In this document: piece by piece, positions 1 through 7,522 of the stretch
How the letters are laid out: every line of letters starts with the position of its first letter
How positions within the stretch are numbered: position 1 is the stretch's first letter
Virus record (IMG/VR): IMGVR_UViG_3300017565_000001
Location: 269,741 to 333,740 of that record
Length of the DNA: 64,000 nucleotides
Strand: one strand, 5' to 3'
DNA from: a virus
Lineage: Duplodnaviria; Heunggongvirae; Uroviricota; Caudoviricetes
Translations under genes and position numbers: made by a program
The notes under the pieces: model-generated
The model's input: the letters and a program-made list of their open reading frames with translations, nothing else
The model's database searches: none
What the model was told of the DNA's origin: nothing

Positions 1-612
1 GCTCTTGGACATCTTGCGGCCGTCAAGACCGGGCAGTACATCAGCAACAGTTGACACTTGTGCTTCGGGTAAATCAAAATGTTGGCCGTAAACATGGTTG
101 AAACGTTGAGCGATGTCTCGAGCCATCTGAATGTGTTGAATCTGATCGTAGCCGACTGGAACCGTATTTGCATTGAACAGTAGAATATCAGCCGCCATCA
201 ATACAGGGTAGGAATACAACCCCATACTGATACCATCGTCTACATCATGCTCCAACTTGTTGTTTTGGTCGACTGCGGCCTTATAAGCATGGGCGCGATT
301 CATCAGCCCCTTGGCAGTCACACAACTCAGAATCCAATTTAGTTCTTGGATTTCGGGAATGTCTGACTGTCGGTAAAGAGTCACATGATCGGGATCCAAT
401 CCAGCGGCGAGCCACGAAGACGCAATTTCAAGTCTTGACTGCGCCACCCTTGCCGGTTCGTCACATTTGATGAGAGCATGATAGTCAGCCAGAAAGAAGA
501 ACGATTGTGTATTGGGCTGTAGACTTGCCTGAATCGCGGGACGAATGGCACCAGCATAATTCCCCAGATGGGGAATTCCTGTTGTCGTGATACCAGTGAG
601 GATTCGTTTCAT
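1..612 (-). CDS. trpS: Tryptophanyl-tRNA synthetase (3' end runs off the window; absent from the ORF track)
   Basis: Manual translation from ATG at 612: [23 protein letters not shown]...FLADYHAL...[12 protein letters not shown]...[22 protein letters not shown]...[12 protein letters not shown]. Contains HIGH-like HLGN and KMSKS class I motifs plus TrpRS-type [16 protein letters not shown] upstream. Confidence 0.95.
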   Translation of the reverse strand, partial: MKRILTGITTTGIPHLGNYAGAIRPAIQASLQPNTQSFFFLADYHALIKCDEPARVAQSRLEIASSWLAAGLDPDHVTLYRQSDIPEIQELNWILSCVTAKGLMNRAHAYKAAVDQNNKLEHDVDDGISMGLYSYPVLMAADILLFNANTVPVGYDQIQHIQMARDIAQRFNHVYGQHFDLPEAQVSTVADVLPGLDGRKMSKS

Positions 613-683
613 TTTGACTCCATGAAGAAATGAGCCATTATAAGCTAATGGCTCATTTAACGCTATTGATTAGCGACAGGACC

Positions 684-1091
684 TCACTTGATCAGTTCAG
701 CCAGATCATCGAACAGATCCACGACTTCATGCAGGCCAGAAGAATGGCGTTCGTCGTAGGCGATCTTGTAGGCCTTTTCGGCCTTGGGACCGCTGACGTC
801 GTAGTCAGCGAACAGATCAGCCTTGAATTCATCGCTGAGGCGATTCATGTTGGTAACATGGGCCAGGGTGGCGGTGCGGTATGCAACGTCATCCACTTCA
901 GTTTCGACACTGTAGCCCTTGTTGCGCCATTCGGCCCGCAGGTCTTCGCTGGGATTCAGGAGACCGTTGACGATCACCTTGCCCTTGCTGTACACGAAAT
1001 ACTTGGTGAAGTCAGACTTGCGCGGACGAGTGCCATAATCGGTGTAGTAGGACAGTTCCTTCATTTTCATTTTCTCCGTTTCGTTTACCAT
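684..1091 (-). CDS. Hypothetical early protein
   Basis: ORF downstream of a sigma70-like promoter, with GGAG SD. Start is 1091, 1070 or 1064. Confidence 0.75.
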   Translation of the reverse strand: MVNETEKMKMKELSYYTDYGTRPRKSDFTKYFVYSKGKVIVNGLLNPSEDLRAEWRNKGYSVETEVDDVAYRTATLAHVTNMNRLSDEFKADLFADYDVSGPKAEKAYKIAYDERHSSGLHEVVDLFDDLAELIK

Positions 1092-1097
1092 GTTTGT

Positions 1098-1126
1098 ATT
1101 CTGATACCAAATGAATATGAAGTCAA
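1098..1126 (-). promoter_or_regulatory. sigma70-like early promoter
   Basis: TTGACT-N17-CAGAAT; CCAAATGAA motif in the spacer; AUGGUAAAC at predicted +1. Confidence 0.7.
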
Positions 1127-1136
1127 CACTCAAATG

Positions 1137-1167
1137 AAAAGAATGACGCCCTGGGCGTCATTCTTTT
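1137..1167. terminator. Intrinsic terminator (bidirectional-type hairpin)
   Basis: AAAAGAATGACGCC-ctg-GGCGTCATTCTTTT. Confidence 0.75.
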
Positions 1168-1270
1168 ACAACATGCTCTTGATGTGGGAGATCATTCCAA
1201 TGATCAGCAGAATGATCCCCACCGTACAGCCGCCAACCACCAGGATGGCGAACAGACAAGCGGGTGTCAT
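1166..1270 (-). CDS. 34-aa single-TM peptide
   Basis: MTPACLFAILVVGGCTVGIILLIIGMISHIKSML; ATGA overlap with the upstream gene stop. Confidence 0.5.
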   Translation of the reverse strand: MTPACLFAILVVGGCTVGIILLIIGMISHIKSML

Positions 1271-1521
1271 GCAGTTTCTGCGATGAGCCCCGAGGGAATG
1301 CCTTCCGTGCTGGGGCGAGCCAGCGACAGTTCCTTGCTGACGTCCTGGCTGATCTTCAGGTAGCGAGCGTGGTTGGCCGGTTCCATCATGAAATTCGCAA
1401 CGGTGACGGCCAGATCACGGTACGTGGCCGTTTCCGTCGCTCGACCCGTCGGATCGGACAACTTGATCAGGACGGCCAAGCGGACCTTGAGTTCGACTTC
1501 GGGATTGATTTGCAGGGTCAT
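1267..1521 (-). CDS. Hypothetical protein
   Basis: 84-aa ORF with AGGAG SD. Confidence 0.7.
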   Translation of the reverse strand: MTLQINPEVELKVRLAVLIKLSDPTGRATETATYRDLAVTVANFMMEPANHARYLKISQDVSKELSLARPSTEGIPSGLIAETA

Positions 1522-1599
1522 AATGATCTCCTAAGAGGTTGCGTGGGCGGGAATCTTACAATGCCACATTGTAGCATGAAAATTTCAAATGGTTATGAA

Positions 1600-1842
1600 T
1601 TATTTTGAACTGGCGCTATCGCGATGTCCCCACATAATATTCAGAGGGCCGATGATCAATTGCCAGGCCGAGCCATCCTTGGAGGAAATCACGCGACCCA
1701 GAGAAAACACGTGATAGTGGCGGTAATTGGATCCCTTGGGGCTTCTGTTTCTGGTGAACCAAATACGTTGGCGTCCAACCTTACTAGATGCCATCCGCAC
1801 CATACAGCCTCGTTGGATCAACCACCGTTCGATCTTATTCAT
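1600..1842 (-). CDS. Hypothetical protein
   Basis: ORF coupled to the upstream gene; likely start MNKIER. Confidence 0.55.
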   Translation of the reverse strand: MNKIERWLIQRGCMVRMASSKVGRQRIWFTRNRSPKGSNYRHYHVFSLGRVISSKDGSAWQLIIGPLNIMWGHRDSASSK

Positions 1843-2095
1843 CTGATAGTCCCAGAGCACGTTGTAGGAACTTCACATCCTCTGGACGACTGGCGACGCC
1901 CATACTGATCGACTTGTCGTAGGGGATGACTTTGCCATCCTCAATGTAAAAGAAGCCACCAGCAATCACGGTGCCATGATTGAAAAACTTCCCAATGTCG
2001 TCATGACCGACTGTTTCAGGAAAGCAAATGGCAACGTATTGGTCCACGTATTTGGTGGCCAGTTCACCGATCAGATATTTGCCCCTTTGATACAT
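1835..2095 (-). CDS. Hypothetical phage protein
   Basis: Likely start MYQRGKY with AGGAG SD; IAGGFFYI...SISMGVASRPED. Confidence 0.7.
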   Translation of the reverse strand: MYQRGKYLIGELATKYVDQYVAICFPETVGHDDIGKFFNHGTVIAGGFFYIEDGKVIPYDKSISMGVASRPEDVKFLQRALGLSDE

Positions 2096-2175
2096 GCTGA
2101 AATCTCCTATGAGATGCCAGAATAGCAAAATGGCAAGAGGAGTCAACCCCTTGCCATTCTATTAAGCTATGTTGC

Positions 2176-2568
2176 TTAGTGGCGAGTATTCAGCTTGCCA
2201 CGCGACATGTCGCTGTAGTAGTGGGTGGTCAGGTCAGCGGCCAGCGTGGGGCACAACAGATCACGCATGGGTTGGGCATTTACGGGAGTGTAGATGTCAC
2301 CACCGTCGGTGCGACCACCGATCTTTTCCGCGTACTTGTCCATGACCTTGGGCATCTGGCCCGTCAGGAACGTCTTGAAACGCAGCTTATGATTGCGACG
2401 ACCCCAGAAGTTGACCAACGTGCCGTTGATCTTGGCTACGCCCCAAACCTTGTCATTCTTGGCAGCACCACCATTCGCACCGCGCTCACCTTCGTTGTAA
2501 AAAGCGGCGAACTTGATCACTTCGATTTGTGCGTTGGACATTTGTGTTTGCTCCGTGTTGTTTACCAT
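2176..2568 (-). CDS. WGR-domain-like protein (paralog of 5096..5488)
   Basis: DKVWGVAKINGTLVNFWGRR pattern (W...WGR). Confidence 0.65.
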   Translation of the reverse strand: MVNNTEQTQMSNAQIEVIKFAAFYNEGERGANGGAAKNDKVWGVAKINGTLVNFWGRRNHKLRFKTFLTGQMPKVMDKYAEKIGGRTDGGDIYTPVNAQPMRDLLCPTLAADLTTHYYSDMSRGKLNTRH

Positions 2569-2575
2569 GTATCAA

Positions 2576-2604
2576 ATGATATACCTGGTTTCACATGGGG
2601 TCAA
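2576..2604 (-). promoter_or_regulatory. sigma70-like early promoter
   Basis: TTGACC-N17-TATCAT; three CCANRTGAA copies at 2590, 2607 and 2623. Confidence 0.8.
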
Positions 2605-2631
2605 CACCAAATGAAGAAATAATTCACCTGG

Positions 2632-2886
2632 TTACAATTCTATTTGGTTGTATTGCAAGTAGAACTGTAGAGCATCGGCTTCTCGGAAAAAACTGACAAT
2701 CATCATATTAAAGCCATAATGCAGAACTTGGCTGTACTCTGATATCTGTTGGGTGGTTTCCTTAAGGTCAGCCATCATTTTCCATGTTGGTATCGCCGAC
2801 GTATGACCAATCAATGTCACTATCAACTTATGTTCGAATTGACATAGGCTGTGTGGTACGCGCAGTGTATCAATGATGTATTTCAT
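2632..2886 (-). CDS. Small protein, FxxxxDAxxFxL family
   Basis: C-terminal SFFREADALQFYLQY. Confidence 0.7.
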   Translation of the reverse strand: MKYIIDTLRVPHSLCQFEHKLIVTLIGHTSAIPTWKMMADLKETTQQISEYSQVLHYGFNMMIVSFFREADALQFYLQYNQIEL

Positions 2887-2895
2887 GATTGATAG

Positions 2896-3150
2896 CTACC
2901 AGGTCAATGCGAACAGCATAGCATCTTGTTCGTTTTCAAAGAAGATGCGCCCCATTTCAGTAATGCGGTACCTGCCGACTGAATGAGCTTTCAACCACTT
3001 CTCAAACTTTTTGATTTGAGGAACAGTATCCTGAGATTCATCAATCGGTAGTCTACTCTGATGCGTCGGAATGAATCCCCAATTGCCACGTTGGGATATG
3101 GCTGCTCGAAAGTCGTAAAGACCACCAGTGATACTCGTGACTTCTACCAT
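2896..3150 (-). CDS. Small protein, FxxxxDAxxFxL family
   Basis: C-terminal IFFENEQDAMLFALTW; TAATG coupling to the upstream gene. Confidence 0.7.
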   Translation of the reverse strand: MVEVTSITGGLYDFRAAISQRGNWGFIPTHQSRLPIDESQDTVPQIKKFEKWLKAHSVGRYRITEMGRIFFENEQDAMLFALTW

Positions 3151-3404
3151 TACGAGTGCGCCAAAATAAATGCCACCCTGTGTTCTTCGGAGGTGAAGCC
3201 CAACACTATGCATTGGGGACTCCATTGCGATATGGCTCCGTTAGGGTCAATATCGCAAACTTTTTGTTGGGTTGCGCACATAAGGGTACCGTCCACCCTT
3301 AGATCCGTTATCGCAAATAAACAATGGTCGAATTGGACGAAATCCCAACCCACTTGCATAACATGTGAGTTGGGTTTCGAATGCAAGTATGTGATTTTGG
3401 CCAT
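3150..3404 (-). CDS. Small protein, FxxxxDAxxFxL family
   Basis: C-terminal LGFTSEEHRVAFILAHS. Confidence 0.65.
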   Translation of the reverse strand: MAKITYLHSKPNSHVMQVGWDFVQFDHCLFAITDLRVDGTLMCATQQKVCDIDPNGAISQWSPQCIVLGFTSEEHRVAFILAHS

Positions 3405-3411
3405 CGACAAT

Positions 3412-3699
3412 TCAGTCGTAGAACGGTTCCATGGGCTCGAGATCGCGTTCGAAGTCATACCAGGAATCCATCACCATGAGATCATACGCGAGTCGGGCGG
3501 CTTCCTGCTCCTGTTCGCGCTGGATAACGTTTTCACGATAATCCATAACTTGGGCCGACTCCAAGTCCAGGGGATTGTTTTGGGCTCGCCATTCAACCTC
3601 CTGGAGAACCTGCTCAAAAAGAACAGGATCGTTGGCCTCCAGCATGTCATCATTCGCCATGCGGTCCAATTCAATATCGGTCAGTTTGCGCAGATTCAT
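3412..3699 (-). CDS. Acidic hypothetical protein
   Basis: 95-aa ORF with AGGAG SD. Confidence 0.7.
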   Translation of the reverse strand: MNLRKLTDIELDRMANDDMLEANDPVLFEQVLQEVEWRAQNNPLDLESAQVMDYRENVIQREQEQEAARLAYDLMVMDSWYDFERDLEPMEPFYD

Positions 3700-3710
3700 G
3701 AACGTTCTCC

Positions 3711-4109
3711 TTACTTCTTGATGCGCAGCATCAAGTCATCTTCGCTCAGACGGTAAAAGCGGTTCGTGCCGGGGATTGCAGCGATGAACGGCGTCTTGCG
3801 GGCGCGGGAGTTGTAACCAGTAACCTTCAGCTTGATGCCGTTAATCGTGAATTCACGATCCAGGTCCAGGTCAGGATACAGGGGACGGTATGCCGCAAGC
3901 GTGTCCGCTTGCTTGTCAGCCTTAGCATCAGCGATAGTGCGGTCAGCGTTGGCGAAAAGGGACACTTTGAATTCACCCTGCGAACCATCCAGATGGAACT
4001 TGGCGTTGCCAGCTTGGATGGAAATACCATGTCGCTTGGCGACTTCTGCCAGTGCTGCATTTATTTCCGGACGCAGGGTTTGCAAAAGTTGCTTGGTGAT
4101 CGTGGACAT
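3711..4109 (-). CDS. Hypothetical early protein
   Basis: 132-aa ORF, AAGGA SD, directly behind the promoter at 4145-4173. Confidence 0.8.
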   Translation of the reverse strand: MSTITKQLLQTLRPEINAALAEVAKRHGISIQAGNAKFHLDGSQGEFKVSLFANADRTIADAKADKQADTLAAYRPLYPDLDLDREFTINGIKLKVTGYNSRARKTPFIAAIPGTNRFYRLSEDDLMLRIKK

Positions 4110-4144
4110 TTGTGCATTTCCTTGTGTTGTTTACCGTACATCAA

Positions 4145-4173
4145 ATGATACACCTGGTTTTCATACCAGTCAA
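4145..4173 (-). promoter_or_regulatory. sigma70-like early promoter
   Basis: TTGACT-N17-TATCAT; shares GAAA(A)CCAGGTxTATCATTTGAT with the promoter at 2576; CCAAGTGAA at 4176. Confidence 0.8.
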
Positions 4174-4239
4174 CGCCAAGTGAAGAAGAATTGTAACGAA
4201 GGTAATATGTGGGATACCATTCTGGGATCAACGCATCGT

Positions 4240-4494
4240 TCACACGTGGCTAAAAGCCAAATAGAACATCATAGCTTCGTCTGGATCTTCAAAAACGAAC
4301 ATGCTTGGAATCGTATAACTGCCAGCACCACTTGAACATTTTGCCGTCCAAGCCAACATCTCACTTAAATACACACCATACTCTTTGACGGAGTATTTGG
4401 CCGTGTCAAATACTACCACCACCTTGGCGTCAAATCCTAGGTGTTTGGAAAAATTCAAGGTGCTCAATTCACTAAGGACTTCATACTGGGGCAT
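4240..4494 (-). CDS. Small protein, FxxxxDAxxFxL family
   Basis: C-terminal FVFEDPDEAMMFYLAFS. Confidence 0.7.
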   Translation of the reverse strand: MPQYEVLSELSTLNFSKHLGFDAKVVVVFDTAKYSVKEYGVYLSEMLAWTAKCSSGAGSYTIPSMFVFEDPDEAMMFYLAFSHV

Positions 4495-4939
4495 TCAATT
4501 CCCTCCCTTCATAATGGTGTTCACGAATGGCTTGTACAGCATCCTCATACACGTCGTTGTTCGCTCGATCGTCATCAGTCAGGGAGGGAAGATTGCCGTA
4601 TTCGTCAAGTTCAACCAACTTCACATCACACACTATAAAGCCTTGTGATTTAAGATATTTGGCCCAATACCGCAACACCATAAGGGAGTCGTCACCGTTG
4701 GCAACTTGAAATCCACCAACTGATCCCGGCCAATAACTATCCTCGTGCCTGCCAAATAGGTTGTTGGCTTTCTTTATGGCGACGTCGTACTCGGCCTGAT
4801 TGGCAAAGAATGTCCCGAAGGTATCCAGATACCCTGCACAAGAAATGGTAGCCGCTTGCGGCTTCGTGTCGCCAGTGCCCATAAAGTACAGCTCAAAACG
4901 GCTGAAAATCATGTGGTAGGAATTGCGTATATTTGCCAT
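4481..4939 (-). CDS. Hypothetical protein
   Basis: ORF in the minus-strand gene array. Confidence 0.65.
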   Translation of the reverse strand: MANIRNSYHMIFSRFELYFMGTGDTKPQAATISCAGYLDTFGTFFANQAEYDVAIKKANNLFGRHEDSYWPGSVGGFQVANGDDSLMVLRYWAKYLKSQGFIVCDVKLVELDEYGNLPSLTDDDRANNDVYEDAVQAIREHHYEGRELNAPV

Positions 4940-4985
4940 ATCATTATGGTAGCATAAACATACCATCTCAAGTGTACTGGATGGT

Positions 4986-5019
4986 AAAAAGGGCTAGGGT
5001 TTATCTATTCCCTAGCCCT
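4986..5019 (-). terminator. Intrinsic terminator
   Basis: AGGGCTAGGG-loop-CCCTAGCCCT followed by a T run on the minus strand. Confidence 0.75.
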
Positions 5020-5095
5020 ACGGCGCAGTTATCTATTTGGTGGGGTAGCCTACGGCGGGTCTCTGAGACGCATCGTCGTTTCCTTGCGCTTTACC

Positions 5096-5488
5096 TTAAG
5101 CCGCCGTCTTGGCGGGCTTCTTGGTGCTGCGCGTGTTCAGCTTGCCCGTGCCCATGGCCTTGTAGTAGCCGGTCTTCACGATTTGCGGCAGGCCGGGAAC
5201 CAGTTCTTCCTGCTGAGCGGGCGTCAGTTCCACGTATTCGTAGTCCTTGCCGTCCTTGCCAGCGATCTTGGCTTCGAACTTGGCCAGAGCGGCATCCAGT
5301 TCAGCGCGACGTTCCGTCTTGTAGCGCAGGACACCACCGCGGCGTCCGTAGAACTTGACGACGTTGCCAGCGACCTTCGCCACGCCCCAGATGCTGTCCT
5401 TGCTGGGAGCGCCGCCGTTGGCACCGCGCACACCTTCAACCAGGGCGCGACCAACCTTCAGGATTTCGACGTTTTGAACTTGGGTCAT
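5096..5488 (-). CDS. WGR-domain-like protein with Lys/Ala tail (paralog of 2176..2568)
   Basis: DSIWGVAKVAGNVVKFYGRR; shares GANGGA and YYxxMxxGKLNTR with the paralog; strongly GC3-biased codons; AGGAG SD. Confidence 0.75.
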   Translation of the reverse strand: MTQVQNVEILKVGRALVEGVRGANGGAPSKDSIWGVAKVAGNVVKFYGRRGGVLRYKTERRAELDAALAKFEAKIAGKDGKDYEYVELTPAQQEELVPGLPQIVKTGYYKAMGTGKLNTRSTKKPAKTAA

Positions 5489-5570
5489 TTGTGTATCTCC
5501 TATTCAGTTGAAAGTGTGTGCTACTTGTTGCTCTGTAGACCGTTTCATCTTGCTGTCTACCATGTATCAC

Positions 5571-5599
5571 ATTCTGTATTCATTTGAAAGGTGAGTCAA
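5571..5599 (-). promoter_or_regulatory. sigma70-like early promoter
   Basis: TTGACT-N17-CAGAAT; AUGGUAGAC at predicted +1. Confidence 0.7.
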
Positions 5600-5653
5600 C
5601 ACTTTTTTCACCTAGTTTGAAAATTTTTGCAAATCAATTACATGGTTGTGGCG

Positions 5654-5908
5654 TTACAACGATAGTTTGCATATTAGTGAGTCAGCTTGATTCTTCACCA
5701 TGAAGATGCCCGTGTTGGGAATCTGTTTGAAAGATGCATCATTGGTGTTGAACCACGAAATGATATCGTTCACTAGAGTCTTGTCCGACTGATCAACGAG
5801 CATGACTGCTTCAGGCTCCCAACCACAGAGTCCAAGAACCTCCCCATGACGTATATTGCTGATCTGGCTCATGAAGTTCCTGTAGTCATACAGGTGGATG
5901 ACTCTCAT
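5654..5908 (-). CDS. Small protein, FxxxxDAxxFxL family (divergent)
   Basis: C-terminal FMVKNQADSLICKLSL. Confidence 0.65.
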   Translation of the reverse strand: MRVIHLYDYRNFMSQISNIRHGEVLGLCGWEPEAVMLVDQSDKTLVNDIISWFNTNDASFKQIPNTGIFMVKNQADSLICKLSL

Positions 5909-6240
5909 TTGTTATCCTTGGAATTATTACTCCAGGCCAGGATGAACATCATTGCGTCAGTCTCGTGTCTGAACGCCGCCCAGTACGGTGGGCGGATGAG
6001 CTTCCAATCACCTTTTTGAATGTGTTTCCTCAACCAGTCTGCTATCGGGTCAACAGCTTCAGGCGGGGCGTAAAAGGTATCAGGACCATTGGATGAATGG
6101 GCCCACCATGACGGGCGCGTCAGGAATGGAGTCAAACTCACTATTTCCCAATCCAATATACCCAAACGATTCCCGTCCAGTATTGTGTCATGGACTGCAT
6201 CAATATGAGTATGGAGTAGAAGAAAGTCGTCAAAGGTCAC
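5905..6240 (-). CDS. Small protein, FxxxxDAxxFxL family
   Basis: IADWLRKHIQKGDW...AAFRHETDAMMFILAWS. Confidence 0.7.
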   Translation of the reverse strand: MTFDDFLLLHTHIDAVHDTILDGNRLGILDWEIVSLTPFLTRPSWWAHSSNGPDTFYAPPEAVDPIADWLRKHIQKGDWKLIRPPYWAAFRHETDAMMFILAWSNNSKDNK

Positions 6241-6241
6241 A

Positions 6242-6541
6242 TCAGAGATTCCAAGCTAATTTGAACAGCATAGCATCATCTGGGTGCTCAAACAAGACTA
6301 GTTGGGCCGCTCGTCTAACTCGCACTGATCTTTTGGCGACACGACCTTTGGCCGTCTTAGTGAATTCCCTTATGGCTGCTGAAGCTATTCCTTCTGGGCG
6401 TTCGTGCAGACAAATGTGGGCCACGTAACAGACGGGGAAATTTGGGCGTCTTGATTTGATCAGGGCCGGATACATTCCAGTGAAAATACCCTCGGCGAGT
6501 ATTTCCGTACCACCCAACATTCTAGTACGGCTCATCCCCAC
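6242..6541 (-). CDS. Small protein, FxxxxDAxxFxL family
   Basis: C-terminal VLFEHPDDAMLFKLAWNL. Confidence 0.7.
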   Translation of the reverse strand: MGMSRTRMLGGTEILAEGIFTGMYPALIKSRRPNFPVCYVAHICLHERPEGIASAAIREFTKTAKGRVAKRSVRVRRAAQLVLFEHPDDAMLFKLAWNL

Positions 6542-6894
6542 ACCATCTTGAACATGACTGCTTCGTTCTCATCCTCCAGCACGACAACGAATGGTGCCAG
6601 AAGAAAATCCCATTTGTAGTTCAGGTGATCCTTGCACCAATCAGCTATCTTGTTGGTTGCGAATAGGTCCACATCGAGAAGGGCCATACTATCATACTTG
6701 GTTATCACTGGATACGTCAATACGGGATCAAGTGCGCTCACTCGCTGCATCAGTAGAGAACGATCGTATGACACGCCAGAAAGCCCAATACGAACACAAT
6801 TTTCCATAAGGGTTTCATTGACTGTTATTGGGTGTTTGTGGAAGGCTGAGAACATTTCTATCATATTTCTACCTGGAGTTGGGACCACTATCAA
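6532..6894 (-). CDS. Small protein, FxxxxDAxxFxL family
   Basis: IADWCKDHLNYKW...VVLEDENEAVMFKMVWG. Confidence 0.7.
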   Translation of the reverse strand: MIVVPTPGRNMIEMFSAFHKHPITVNETLMENCVRIGLSGVSYDRSLLMQRVSALDPVLTYPVITKYDSMALLDVDLFATNKIADWCKDHLNYKWDFLLAPFVVVLEDENEAVMFKMVWG

Positions 6895-6991
6895 GGGTAT
6901 AGTTGAGACTCTCCATGAATTCTTATCAAGTTTGCAGAAGTCTACCTGGAGTTTACGACATCCAGGTGTCCTTGGTAGCTTGGTGAGTGTC

Positions 6992-7285
6992 TTAGAAGAC
7001 CCTAATATGATCTCTATTGATGACTGGGATACTCGTGAAAGAATCCTTGATGATTGGCTTTACCACCCTGTTATCAACAACCACGTTTGGATACTTGAGC
7101 CTAATCCATACAAGCTCCACTTCTGATAACTGAATATCCACGGCCAGAGCATCAGACAGCTTATCCTCGCACATCACAAAGGAATTCCATTTAATACTTT
7201 CATTGAATCGCTCTTCACCCAAATCCCGATATAATTCGTTGAATTGAACTGGGTCATTGACACCACCAACCAGGTACATGATCAC
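6992..7285 (-). CDS. Small protein, divergent family member
   Basis: IQLSEVELVWIRLKYP, similar to the neighbouring gene. Confidence 0.65.
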   Translation of the reverse strand: MIMYLVGGVNDPVQFNELYRDLGEERFNESIKWNSFVMCEDKLSDALAVDIQLSEVELVWIRLKYPNVVVDNRVVKPIIKDSFTSIPVINRDHIRVF

Positions 7286-7521
7286 TTCAGATATCCAACT
7301 ATCAGGGGATACTGGATCTTCAGCAACAGTGCCTGCTCTTCACTCAGATCGATCTCCCACCCCTTCAACATATGTTGATGACCCTGGTTGTCGTAGAACA
7401 CCCGCAGGCCCACGCCGTAATCAGCCAATTCGTAGTGTTCCCGTAGATGGTTAGTCAAGTCGTCGATTTCCCTGTAGGTTTCCGACAACCTGTTTCCATG
7501 TTCAACAACCAGGTAGCCCAT
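7282..7521 (-). CDS. Small protein, divergent family member
   Basis: Likely start MGYLVV right after the ATPase stop; IDLSEEQALLLKIQYP. Confidence 0.65.
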   Translation of the reverse strand: MGYLVVEHGNRLSETYREIDDLTNHLREHYELADYGVGLRVFYDNQGHQHMLKGWEIDLSEEQALLLKIQYPLIVGYLK

Positions 7522-7522
7522 A

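Noticed and set aside
630-1286. Plus-strand ORFs across 0.6-8.7 kb
   Set aside because: They overlap better-supported minus-strand genes that have SDs, promoters and shared family motifs.
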